Shown: piece by piece, positions 22,565 through 34,412 of the stretch
How positions within the stretch are numbered: position 1 is the first letter of the stretch
Layout of the letters: every line of letters starts with the position of its first letter
NCBI GenBank assembly: GCA_950097015.1
Contig: CATNEN010000038.1
Span: 8,866,001 to 8,930,000 of the forward strand
Source: Macrostomum hystrix
Lineage: Eukaryota > Animalia > Platyhelminthes
DNA length: 64,000 nt
Direction of reading: 5' to 3'
Notes under the pieces: generated by a model
Databases searched by the model: none
What the model was told of the DNA's origin: nothing
Seen by the model: the letters and a program-made list of their open reading frames with translations, nothing else
Program-made: the position numbers and the translations under genes

Positions 22565-25500
22565 ATGCATTTTGAAGCCAATGACGACCTGCTAAAGGGC
22601 AAGCAGCGGACTCAGTCGCTGAAGATCGGCCTGAAGGAGAAGGTCGTTCAGCTGTACGACAGGCACTTCTCGGTGAGATATTTGATGATAATACTTTAAA
22701 GCAGAGTCCTTAACTGTTTGACAAAAATCTGCTTCAATGGTCCCGTGAACCCCTCTCATTGAAAAATAAGGTAAACCTCCCCCTGAATGTTCAGGTAAAC
22801 CTCCCCCTGAATGTTCAGGTAAACCTCCCCCTGAATGTTCAGGTAAACCTCTCCCTGAATGTTCAGGTAAACCTCCCCCTGAATGTTCAGGTAAACCTCC
22901 CCCTGAATGTTCAGGTAAACCTCTCCCTGAATGTTCAGGTAAACCTCCCCTGAATGTTCAGGTAAACCTCTCCCTGAATGTTCAGGTAAACCTCCCCCTG
23001 AATGTTCAGGTAAACCTCTCCCTGAATGTTCAGGTAAACCTCCCCCTGAATGTTCAGGTAAACCTCCCCCTGAATGTTCAGGTAAACCTCCCCCTGAATG
23101 TTCAGGTAAACCTCCCCTGAATGTTCAGCGAATATCTGTGCATCAAGCCAGCCTCTGCCTGAGTTTTGTGTAATCATTCCTCAAAAGTGCTCATAAAATG
23201 CAAATTCGCAAACTAATGAGCAATGACCCGCCTGGAATCGCAGGGCGAGGACATCTCGGCGGGTTCCGAGAACTTCTGGGCTGAGTTCTTTCTGCTGCGC
23301 GTCAACGTTCGCTACCTTCAGGCGCACTTCGAGCGCTGCGCCTGGGACGAGCTGGCCTGCCAGAAACCGCCAATTCGCCGCCTGCTGGCACAGTGCCTAG
23401 CGGCCCTACAAACTCAGCCGGCCCTACGCCAGGACGCCATCCGGCAAGCCAACGCCCTTCAGACTCTGGCCTGCCTGATTCGCGGCGTCTTCAGCTGCCG
23501 GCCGACTGTTGCCGCCGCCGCCGCCGCCGCGGCAGCCGACGAGAGCGCCAGCGATCATCAGTTAGAAGTTGGCGGCGGCAGGCTGCACCACCCCAATCTG
23601 GACCTTCTGGCACCACCGCATGATGCTGATTCTCTGATGCAGGTGCTTAGTAACAGCACCTCACACCCTTTTGATCCCACATACTCATGCTCCAATTCTG
23701 AGGTCCCACATCCTCATTCTACTACTTTGTGATCCCACACCCTCATTATCCAACTCTGAGATCCCACACCCTCATTATCCTACTCTGAGATCCCACACCC
23801 TCATTATCCAATTCTAAGATCCCGCACCCTCATTATCCAATTCTGAGATCCCACACCCTCATTATCCAATTCTGAGATCCCGCACCCTAATTATCCAATT
23901 CTGAGATCCCACACCCTCAGTATCCTACTCTGAGATCCCACACCCTCATTATCCTACTCTGAGATCCCACACCCTCATTATCCAATTCTGAGATCCCACA
24001 CCCTCATTATCCAACTCTGAGATGCCGCACCTTCATTATCTAATTCTGAGATCCCACACCCTCATTATCCAATTCTAAGATCCCACACCCTCATTATCCA
24101 ATTCTGAGATCCCACACCCTCATTATCCAATTCTGAGATCCCACACCCTCAGTATCCGACTCTGAGATCCCACACCCTCATAATCCAATTCTGAGATCCC
24201 ACACCCTCATTATCCGACTCTGAGATCCCACACCCTCATTATCCAATTCTGAGATCCCACACCCTCATTATCCAATTCTGAGATCCCACACCCTCAGTAT
24301 CCGACTCTGAGATCCCACACCCTCATAATCCAATTCTGAGATCCCACACCCTCATTATCCAATTCTGAGATCCCACACCCTCATTATCCAATTCTGAGAT
24401 CCCACACCCTCATTATCCGACTCTGAGATCCCACACCCTCATTATCCAATTCTGAGATCCCAAACCCTCATTATCCAATTCTGAGATCCCACACCCTCAT
24501 TATCCTACTCTGAGATCCCACACCCTCATTATCCAATTCTGAGATCCCGCACCCTCATTATCCAATTCTGAGATCCCACACCCTCATCATCCAATTCTGA
24601 GATCCCACACCCTCATTATCCAATTCTGAGATCCCACACCCTCATTATCCTACTCTGAGATCCCACACCCTCATTATCCAATTCTAAGATCCCACACCCT
24701 CATTATCCTACTCTGAGATCCCACACCCTCATCATCCAATTCTGAGATCCCACATCTTTAGCTCCTATTCCAGTCGCCCATTATCCAATGTCCGGCTTCT
24801 CCACGTAAAATCCCGCATCCCTATCTCGTTGATCCCTTTAGGACCTGCTGAACTGCATTTGCTGCTGCCTGTCGGACGAAGCCGTCCACTTGCCAATCAA
24901 AGCTCTAGCCATCAACCTGCTGGTTACCATGGCCACCGCTTGCGACTTGCAGTACAATCCAATGCTGAGTTACCTTGTATCCAGCCGAGTGTTCGACTGC
25001 TGCCTTCAGCTCTTCGCCTCAACAGACGGTCGGCGAGAGTTTGGCGACTCAGTCTGCACCGTGCTGGCCATCATGCTACAGGCTCACAAACACGACGTGA
25101 GCATTTTTCAGTTAATATCTACGAGGTAACACAACTCGTACACAACTCTACTCCACTATGATTTATGTTCCATTCAAATTTTCAGATGGTTAATCCGTGT
25201 CTTGTCAAACTGGCAGTTTTGGACGACAATTTGGTGCTCAATGTGAGTACTTTATTTCCTAGTCGTATTTCCAGGTGATATATTTAGTAAATTTTGAGAA
25301 AGTTCCAAAACACTTTCAGGGCTTTTCTTACGTTCTCTCCTTATCGCTAGCGCAGTACAATGAGTAAGTCACCGTGTTTTTATGTAGCGGTTTTGCTTTT
25401 TGTCTCTAAATTTTTGCTAACCAAATAACTTTCAGAATTTATCGAAGAAAGATTCGAGAACCGCGTGGCCTCTTTTACTCTCTGACAAATATGGCAAGTG

Positions 25501-28500
25501 GGCATGCTTAGTCTGTTTGAAATCAGCCGTATTTTGTGGCGGTTTCCATTTTTTCTAATTACATGTTTCGAAATTCTCAGGTTGGCCATATTCTGGTTGG
25601 CGAAGAGAAACAGCTCGAAAGAATTGAGTGAGTACTTGATGCTGTTAAACTACAAGCAGAAAACACTTACCTCGCTCGTTCCTGACCAGCCTGGCTTAAT
25701 AACTAAGTCTAACGCTTAATGTACACTCGCTCCTGACCAGCCTGGCTTAATAACTAAGTCTAACCCTTAATGTACACTCGCTCCTGACCAGCCTGGCTGG
25801 ACAAGTCTAACCCTTAATGTACACTCCCTCCTTACCAGCCTGGCTGAACAAAGTCTAACCCTTAATGTACACTCGCTCCTTACCAGCCTGGCTGAACAAA
25901 GTCTAACCCTTAATGTACACTCGCTCCTGACCAGCCTGGCTGAACAAAGTCTAACCCTTAATGTACACTCGCTCCTGACCAGCCTGGCTGGACAAAGTCT
26001 AACCCTTAATGTACACTCGCTCCTGACCAGCCTGGCTGGACAAAGTCTAACCCTTAATGTACACTCGCTCCTGACCAGCCTGGCTGAACAAAGTCTAACC
26101 CTTAATGTACATTCGCTCCTGACCAAGCTGGCTAAACAAAGTCTAACCCTTAATGTACACTCGCTCCTTACCAGCCTGGCTGAACAAAGTCTAACCCTTA
26201 ATGTACACTCGCTCCTTACCAGCCTGGCTGAACAAAGTCTAACCCTTAATGTACACTCGCTCCTTACCAGCCTGGCTGAACAAAGTCTAACCCTTAATGT
26301 ACACTCGCTCTTTACCAGCCTGGCTGAACAAAGTCTAACTCTTAATGTACACTCGCTCTTTACCAGCCTGGCTGAACAAAGTCTAACCCTTAATGTAAAC
26401 TCGCTCCTGACCAGCCTGGCTGAACAAAGTCTAACCCTTAATGTAAACTCGCTCCTGACCAGCCTGGCTGAACAAAGTCTAACCCTTAATGTACACTCGC
26501 TCCTGACCAGCCTGGCTGAACAAAGTCTAACCCTTAATGTACACTCGCTCCTGACCAGCCTGGCTGAACAAAGTCTAACCCTTAATGTACACTCGCTCCT
26601 GACCAGCCTGGTTGAACAAGTCTAACCCTTAATGTGCACTCGCTCCTGACCAGCCTGGTTGAACAAGTCTAACCCTTAATGTGCACTCGCTCCTGACCAG
26701 CCTGGCTGAACAAAGTCTAACCCTTAATGTGCACTCGCTCCTGACCAGCCTGGCTGAACAAAGTCTAACCCTTAATGTGCACTCGCTCCTGACCAGCCTG
26801 GCTGAACAAAGTCTAACCCTTAATGTAAACTCGCTCCTGACCAGCCTGGCTGGACAAGTCTAACCCCCTCAAGTACACTCGCACCTGACCAGTCTCGCTG
26901 AACAAAGTCTAACCCGAAATATACAAGCTGTACGAAGTTTAATTTTGTTGTCCTTGATATTCAAATAAAAATGTTTCACAAACATGCTTCACAATACTTC
27001 TAGCTTCGCTCGGACTGTTGTTAAAAAGTATTTTTACTTCTTGTTGTGCTGATATAATATTTCTCTCTTTAGTATTGGACTCCAATAGTTCATTCCTGTA
27101 ACTACGAGTATATACGACTTTATATATTAGCATTTATTTAATAGCATTACTAAAGTAGTTGTAGTTTAGGATTTATATTTTCAAAATCTCTATGTTTCGT
27201 TCTGTTCGTTGCATTATTTCAACTTTTCTAAAGTATTTATACTACTGAAAGGAGTAGAACTTATAGCTCACGGTGCTTTGGTACTAGATTGTCACTGAGT
27301 GAATATTCAAGTGTATTCAAGCCGGCAATAAAATCGCTACTCCACCCTCAGAGTCCAGGACGCCCTCCTGCTGGCCCTATTCGAGGCGCTGCATGTCAAC
27401 AGGAGCTTCATCGCCACCCTGACCTACAGCCACACACCGTCAGCTGGGCAGCTGTCAGACCAGACAGGTACGGGCAACCCGGTGCCCGAGCCCACCAACC
27501 TTCTAGTGGTGTTCCTGGAGTACTGCTCAATCATTATGCAGGATACTAGAGGTTTGCGAAATTGCTTGATAACGATGGGTTGAAGGGAGGCCGGTAGGTT
27601 GAAGGGAGACTGGTAGGTTGAGAGGGAGACTGGTAGGTTGAAGGGAGACTGGTAGGTTTAAAGGGATATTGGTAGGTTGAGAGGGAGACTGGTAGGTTGA
27701 AGGGAGATTAAGACTCACCTTTTTAATTGTTGTGCTAAAATTTCAGAGCAAAGTATGTTTAACAGCTGCAAGCTCTGCTTTCTGATCCTGACTGCTATTT
27801 CTGAGGTAAGTTTATTTGTGTGGCATTGTTATATGACATTTTTAGCTGAAATATTCTTTTTCATTTTCCAATCTCAATAGGATGAGTACGCCAACTCACT
27901 GATGCATGATCTCAATATGAACTTCCGGGTCAGCCTGCACCGGCTTGTAAGCAATGAGCAACGAGCTAATGCAATCTGATTTGGCTAAAACATTTATATA
28001 GGAATCCGCCCAGGAATCTTCCAAAAATAGTATTTAAAAATTAATTAATTGTATGACCGGACAGGAATCCGCCCAGGAATCTTCTGAGAAATAGTCCCTA
28101 TTTGAAAATTCTAAATTGTATGACCGGACAGGAATCCGCCGAGGAATCTTCTGAAAAATATTCCCTAATCAAAAATCGATTGGTGTTATTAACGAACAGG
28201 AATCCGTCCAGGAATCTTCAGAGAAATAGTCCCTATTTGAAAATTCATAAATTGTATAACCGGAGAGGAATCCGCCGAGGAATCTTCTGAAAAATATTCC
28301 CTAATCAAAAATCGATTGGTGTTATTAACGAACAGGAATCCGTCCAGGAATCTTCAGAGAAATAGTCCCTATTTGAAAATTCATAAATTGTATAACCGGA
28401 GAGGAATCCGCCGAGGAATCTTCCGAAAATATTCCCTAATCAAAAATCGATTGTATTTATCAACGGACAGGAATCCGCCCAGGAATCTTCCAGAAAATAT

Positions 28501-31381
28501 TCCCGAAAAAAAATCGATTAGTGTTGTCAACGAACTGGAATCTGCCCAGGAATCTTCTCAGGAATAAAGATAATACTAGCATCGCCATCCGAATCACCCC
28601 AGCAAACTAGACACCGCGCCCCAACGCTGGGCGTTGATCTGGAATCAGCTCCGTTGGCGTGCGCCCTGCTCGACCTGCTAGTGGAATTCTGTCACAGCCA
28701 CCTCATGCGCACCCTGCCAGCCGAGCTGTACCAGTCGGCGCTGCTCATTGTGCACCGGCTGCTCTGCTACCAGAAGCACGCGGAGGTTCGCCTGCAGTAC
28801 AGCTGGCACCACCTCTGGTCCGCCCTGTTCACCAGCGCCCGCTACGCCCTCAGCTGCTACCAGAAGCAGCCGGCTGACACTGAGCCAGCCTTTCTGCGCT
28901 CCCTGCTGTCCCTGGTGTCCAGCGTCTGTCTGGTGCTGAACTTCTTCATCACCTACGGCGACACGTTTCTGTCCACCTGCGAGGTATACGACCTGCTGTT
29001 TTACGAGCTCATCAGAATGAAGTCGCTGTTTGATGATGCCGGGCAGTTGTGTAAGTTGGACCTTGTCAATCAATAAGTTAGGCTTGGTGTAGTGGGATAT
29101 TTGTTGGTTAATCAGGTTGGTTGCTATGGGATATCAGTGGGTTAATCAGGTTGGTTGCTATGGGATATCTGTTGGTTAATCAGGTTTGTTGCTATGGGAT
29201 ATCAGTGGGTAATCAGGTTGGTTGCTATGGGATATCTGTTGGTTAATCAGGTTTGTTGCTATGGGATATCAGTGGGTAATCAGGTTGGTTGCTTTGGGAT
29301 ATCTGTTGGTTAATCAGGTTGTTGCTTTGGGATATCTGTTGATTAATCAGGTTTGTTGCTATGGGATATCTGTTGGTTAATCAGGTTGTTGCTTTGGGAT
29401 ATCTGTTGGTTAATCAGGTTGTTGCTATGGGATATCTGTTGGTTAATCAGGTTCTTGCTATGGGATATCGGTTGGTTAATCAGGTTGTTGCTATGGGATA
29501 TCTGTTGGTTAATCAGGTTGTTGCTATGGGATATCTGTTGGTTAATCAGGTTGTTGCTTTGGGATATCTGTTGGTTAATCAGGTTGTTGCTTTGGGATAT
29601 CTGTTGATTAATCAGGTTTGTTGCTATGGGATATCAGTGGGTTAATCAGGTTGGTTGCTATGGGTTATCTGTTGGTTAATCAGGTTGTTGCTTTGGGATA
29701 TCTGTTGGTTAATCAGGTTGTTGCTATGGGATATCGGTTGGTTAATCAGGTTGTTACCATGGGATATTATTTGGTTAATCAGGTTGTTGCTATGGGTAAT
29801 CATTTGATTAATCAGGTTGGTTGCTATGGCATTTCAATCCGCAGGCTTGTCCATCATGTCAGGAGACCCGGATCATCCATTGCGCGACGCGGCAATGCAG
29901 CTGGATCGCAGCCTTTCAAACATTCGGTAAGCATTTGCGCCTTGAAATTTAAGCATAAAAACGTCTAAATAAATAAATTTGTATTTTCCCTGAAGTCTGT
30001 TCGCCTCCTGAGCATTTAGTCACCACGCGATTCTTAACTAAATTGTGCAAGCCAAATTGCCTTCCAGTCTCATTATCCAGCACTTCTCGCCCAAGATTGA
30101 CGAATGGGCGGAGTTGCACGGCCAGCGGTCGCTGACCCAGGACCAGGTTCTGGCTGTGGTGCGCGGCAACTACGAGTCCCTAACCCTGCGGCTGTACAGC
30201 CAGCTGGACAGCTTTACGAGCTTCAGGGAGGCCATTCCCGGTGAAAATGCCTACTTCCGTCAGTTGGTGAGTGGTGTGAATGATGAATGAATGATTGCGA
30301 TGAAACTGACGTAACAGGGACATTGCCAAGGGAGAGGGGCCGGGCACCCAACCAATCAGATGCCTGACGCCCCCAAAGTCAGCCACCGATCTCAAAGCCC
30401 CGTTAACCGCACCACAAAAGCGATCCCAAATCGCAAATAGCGGTCCTAAATCCCAGTAGCGATCCCTAATCCCTGATATCCCCAATTTCCAAATCCCAAA
30501 TTGTGATCTCAAATCCCCAATAGTGATTTCCAAATCCTAAGTTTTGATCCCCAAAGCCCAAATCCTTAAAGAGATCCCGAATTCCTAATGCCGATTTCCA
30601 AATCCCTTAATAAAAAATTGTTTTCTCCGATAAAAAAAACTACTATATATGTTATAGTTCTAAGATGTCCCGTTAATGACGATTTCAAAATTCCTGAATG
30701 CCGATTTACAAACTGACAGGACCGATCCTCAATAGTGATTCTCAAATCCCCAATAGTGATTCTCAAATCCTCAATAGTGATTCTCAAATCCTCAATAGTG
30801 ATTCTCAAATCCCCAATAGTGATTCCCAAATCCCCAATAGTGATTCTCAAATCCTCAATAGTGATTCCCAAATCCTCAATAGTGATTCCCAAATCCCCAA
30901 TAGTGATTCTCAAATCCTCAATAGTGATTCCCAAATCCTCAATAGTGATTCTCAAATCCTCAATAGTGATTCCCAAATCCCCAATAGTGATTCTCAAATC
31001 CTCAATAGTGATTCCCAAATCCTCAATAGTGATTCCCAAATCCTCAATAGTGATTCTCAAATCCTCAATAGTGATTCTCAAATCCTCAATAGTGATTCTC
31101 AAATCCTCAATGGTGATTCTCAAATCCTCAATAGTGATTCTCAAATCCTCAATAGTGATTCCCAAATCCCCAATAGCGATCCTTAATAGCCTTAGCCTTC
31201 CCTAAAATTCTAGATGTTACACATCTCAGTGTGCACCCACTAGCAAATTCTGTTTTTCTATTGGCCAGCCCTTGTCTATCCGCATCCGCAGACTCGCAAG
31301 ATTGTGACCAGCGTTCGCAAGGACGCTTTCGAGGCTAGTCAGCATCTGCAGGCGCGGCTGAAAGATCTGTCCTCATTGTAG
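22565..31381 (+). CDS. ARMH3: Armadillo-like helical domain-containing protein 3 (C10orf76/UPF0668)
   Basis: 14 phase-consistent exons: 22565-22672, 23244-23642, 24842-25096, 25186-25242, 25320-25363, 25436-25493, 25581-25627, 27352-27551, 27747-27805, 27881-27946, 28603-29050, 29845-29926, 30068-30266, 31292-31381 (TAG). Motifs: LKEKVVQLYD, FWAEFFLLRVN, ANALQTLACLIRGV, NFFITYGDTFL, YDLLFYELIRM, VRGNYESLTLRL. Confidence 0.93.
22768..23128. repeat. 24-bp minisatellite (GGTAAACCTCCCCCTGAATGTTCA), about 15 copies, ARMH3 intron 1
   Basis: Direct reading. Confidence 0.95.
23670..24755. repeat. 29-bp minisatellite (GAGATCCCACACCCTCATTATCCAATTCT), about 37 copies, ARMH3 intron 2
   Basis: Direct reading. 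Confidence 0.95.
25665..26915. repeat. 48-bp minisatellite (AATGTACACTCGCTCCTGACCAGCCTGGCTGAACAAAGTCTAACCCTT), about 25 copies, ARMH3 intron 7
   Basis: Direct reading. Confidence 0.95.
27577..27710. repeat. 19-20-bp minisatellite (GGTAGGTTGAAGGGAGACT)
   Basis: Direct reading. Confidence 0.85.
28000..28562. repeat. ~68-bp minisatellite with a 136-bp dimeric higher-order unit
   Basis: AGGAATCCG.C.AGGAATCTTC recurs about every 68 bp; alternate monomers are identical (28198 vs 28334). Confidence 0.85.
29090..29830. repeat. 33-bp minisatellite (GGGATATCTGTTGGTTAATCAGGTTGTTGCTAT), about 22 copies
   Basis: Direct reading. Confidence 0.95.
30725..31180. repeat. 21-bp minisatellite (AATAGTGATTCTCAAATCCTC), about 21 copies
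   Basis: Direct reading. Confidence 0.95.
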
Positions 31382-31794
31382 GCAGGCGACTAGCTAGGGT
31401 GCTCAAATGCTCTCGACTTTGAGTCGCGAATGTAACTCGTATGTTCATGTATTAAGATAACTAATTCCAGAGTATAGCATTAGAGCTTTTATAAGGCGCA
31501 TAGCAATGCTAAATTCTTGGCTTCTGACTCAATTTGGTGACACTTGCTTGCACATTCTTTGATTGATTTTCTGCGGGATTCTGATGCGGCTCAAAGCCTT
31601 ACTTCCTCATAAACTAGTGATTCACTCATTGATTGGCTTGTTTATTAGTTATTTCTTTTTTGTCTTTATGTCTCTTAATTTCCGAATTCATAATTTGAGC
31701 AGCATTCATGAGTTATCTCTCCCTGCTGAGGTCTGCTGTTGCTGATCTGCACATTGCATCATCATTTACTCACTCTCATCCCATCTAATCCTAT

Positions 31795-32170
31795 TGCTGT
31801 CCATCAGATCCCATCTGATCCCATCTGATCCCATCTGATCCTATCATATCCCATCAGATCCCATCTAATCCCATCAGATCCCATCTAATCCCATCAGATC
31901 CCATAAGATCCCATCCCATCCCATAAGATCCCATCAGATCCCATAAGATCCCATCTGATCCCATCAGATCCCATCTGATTCCATCAGATCCTATCTGATC
32001 CCATCTAATCCCATCAGATCCCATAAGATCCCATCTGATCCCATCAGATCCTATCTGAGCCCATCTGATCCCATCTGATCCCATCAGATCCTATCTGATC
32101 CCATCTGATCCCATCAGATCCCATCAGAGCCCATCTGATCCCATCTGATCCCATCGGATCCCATTAGGTC
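31795..32170. repeat. 10-bp satellite (CCCATCAGAT/CCCATCTGAT)
   Basis: Direct reading. Confidence 0.9.
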
Positions 32171-33225
32171 CCATCCAAACCCACCTCAGCCCTTATGATC
32201 CCATCATCATAGCTTTGCTCATTTCATCTCACGGCACAATTTTCATCCTGTTCTTCCATGAGCTCGCTATTATCCGTGTTGTTTTGCATCAAATAAGTAT
32301 TTTTACCTTTCCCGCCCATCTTGGCCAGTTCAATCAACCGAAAGTTTTTGTGTTAAATACGAGCACTGCCAATTGCTGAACTCCGTAAAGTTCGCCTCCC
32401 TGTTTGATGGCCAATTTTTTTTACTTTGTATTTCATAAAGAAATAAACGCGCTGTTACTGCGGCTTAAACTCGCGATTATCTGTTTTATATTACTGTTGT
32501 GCCTTTGAGAAAAAAATTATAGCTATAATCACGATTTCGAATCAGAAACTACCCGAAAAGACTAGGCGTGCTCGATTATTCAACTTTCAGTTGTTGCATT
32601 TTGAACTTTGTCGCGTCTTCATTTTGTCATCCGCCAGTTTATTATCTTACGTCGGAATAACTGTAAGATTGTTGGCAACATGTTTGCACGCGCTGTGTAC
32701 GTTTGCATGCTGTACAATGATGTACATTATGGTGATCGTTAAAATATTAGCGAGCGAGTTGACGCCTTAAGTGGCCAGAATTTGGTCCACGCTACAATCT
32801 CGTTTTCGGCGGCTTACATGACTTTCTAGAGCGAGCTTACGCGAGTATTGACTGCCTCCTGCTTTGCATAAAATCAAGCCGTGGAAACAATGGCTCGAGC
32901 AGACGTCTTTTTTCTTGCTATTTCGCACAAGTGTCCCCCGGTGGAAGGTGCTTGTTATATCTGACACGAGTTCGTATTTGGGAAGGAAGAACCGGTTGTA
33001 AGTCTATTTTGTTATTCTAGCATTTCAAATAGTCAAATCATCTCAAGGGTGAATAAGCAGGGCAATGCGTGTAGCTGTAAAGAAGGGGCAAGCATCACTG
33101 GCAGAACGAAGTGAAGATAGGGCGGGTTTGTACCATAGACTAAACTTCAATGCGTGTCAGTGCTCAAAGCCAACTTTTACCTAAGACAACTAAATTTGTT
33201 CCTACTCCAACAGAGAATAGCCAGC

Positions 33226-34326
33226 ATGCATCTCCCGGAGTTACTGCGACTTTTCACTGCCCTACTGATTGCCGTCGCCTTTGCCGCCTGTGTGTTCTTC
33301 TCATTCTACTCGGATGAGTACATAAGTAAATATTCGCCATCGGTGTTTCTTGACACGATGGGGTCAGCAAATCGAATGAATGGACTTTCCCCAAGAACTC
33401 AGAATAACTTGGCACGCGGCACGCTGCCATGGAACGATGAGTTTTTCACAAGTTCAACCGAGGACAGGATGCTCCAGAATTACATTCGCTTTGCGTCTGG
33501 TGCACGGAATAACGGTTCCAGGCTCAAGGCAGTCATCACTTTATTAGGAAATGAGCCACAGGCGAACCTGCTCAAGCATTCGTTGGAGCAGCTGTATGTC
33601 CACTTCAACAGACAGTTCGGCTACCCGGTCATCATCTTTCACGAGGCCAACTTCCTGGCACACCTACCTGCGATCAGGGCCATCGGCTTCGACAAGAGGC
33701 TCAACATGTCCTCCATCTTCTTCCAGCAAGTCGACTTGAGCGTCCCGAGTTCGTATCTGAAAAAGTTCGGCCAGCCGCCGAAAGAAGCTTGCGGTGGCAA
33801 GAAGAGCTTCGGATACCGCAGCATGTGCCGCTTTCACGCCAAGATGATCTACGAGCAGCCGATGATGAGGCACTTTGACTACCAGTGGAGACTGGACGAC
33901 GATTCCATCATCAACAAGAGCATCTCCTTCGATGTGTTTGCTGCTCTCAGAGATTCTGGCTGCACCTACGGCTACTTCCAGACCATCATTGACACCTGCG
34001 ACTTCAAGATGTTCGAAGTCGCGGCCGAATACATCAAGCTGAGACGCATCCGACCCACCTTCTTTAGTCGGCTCAAGAAGCATGAGGTCTTTTTTAACAA
34101 CTTCGAGGTGTCCAATTTGAAGATCTGGCGGTCAAGGTGGTACAGAGACTTTGCGGAGCACATCGACTCTCTGGGTGGCATCTACACGCACAGGTGGGGC
34201 GATGCACCCATCAAGACCCTGGCGCTGAGCATGTTCGTGCCGGTGTCCGAGATCTGCCAGTACACCAATGTTAGCTACCAGCACTATGGCCTGAATTCAG
34301 TTTTGACTACAAAGTTTATGGCCTGA
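33226..34326 (+). CDS. Glycosyltransferase family 15 (KRE2/MNT1/KTR-like alpha-1,2-mannosyltransferase), type II membrane protein, intronless CDS
   Basis: N-terminal TM anchor (LFTALLIAVAFAACVFFSFY). GT15 motifs: HFNRQFGYPVIIF, GYRSMCRF, FDYQWRLDDD, FFNNFEV, GGIYTHRWGDAPIKTLAL. ATG 33226 follows an acceptor-like CAG at 33211-33213. Confidence 0.9.
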   Translation: MHLPELLRLFTALLIAVAFAACVFFSFYSDEYISKYSPSVFLDTMGSANRMNGLSPRTQNNLARGTLPWNDEFFTSSTEDRMLQNYIRFASGARNNGSRLKAVITLLGNEPQANLLKHSLEQLYVHFNRQFGYPVIIFHEANFLAHLPAIRAIGFDKRLNMSSIFFQQVDLSVPSSYLKKFGQPPKEACGGKKSFGYRSMCRFHAKMIYEQPMMRHFDYQWRLDDDSIINKSISFDVFAALRDSGCTYGYFQTIIDTCDFKMFEVAAEYIKLRRIRPTFFSRLKKHEVFFNNFEVSNLKIWRSRWYRDFAEHIDSLGGIYTHRWGDAPIKTLALSMFVPVSEICQYTNVSYQHYGLNSVLTTKFMA

Positions 34327-34412
34327 AGGCAACTACGAGGATATAAATTGTATACAAAGAGTAAGGGCAGCATAGAATGAATGGAAAGGTTTATTTGTGG
34401 ACGAAGTGAATA

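Noticed and set aside
23670-26915. Regularly spaced repeats resembling CRISPR arrays
   Set aside because: Units are contiguous with no unique spacers, there are no cas genes, and the context is eukaryotic intron.
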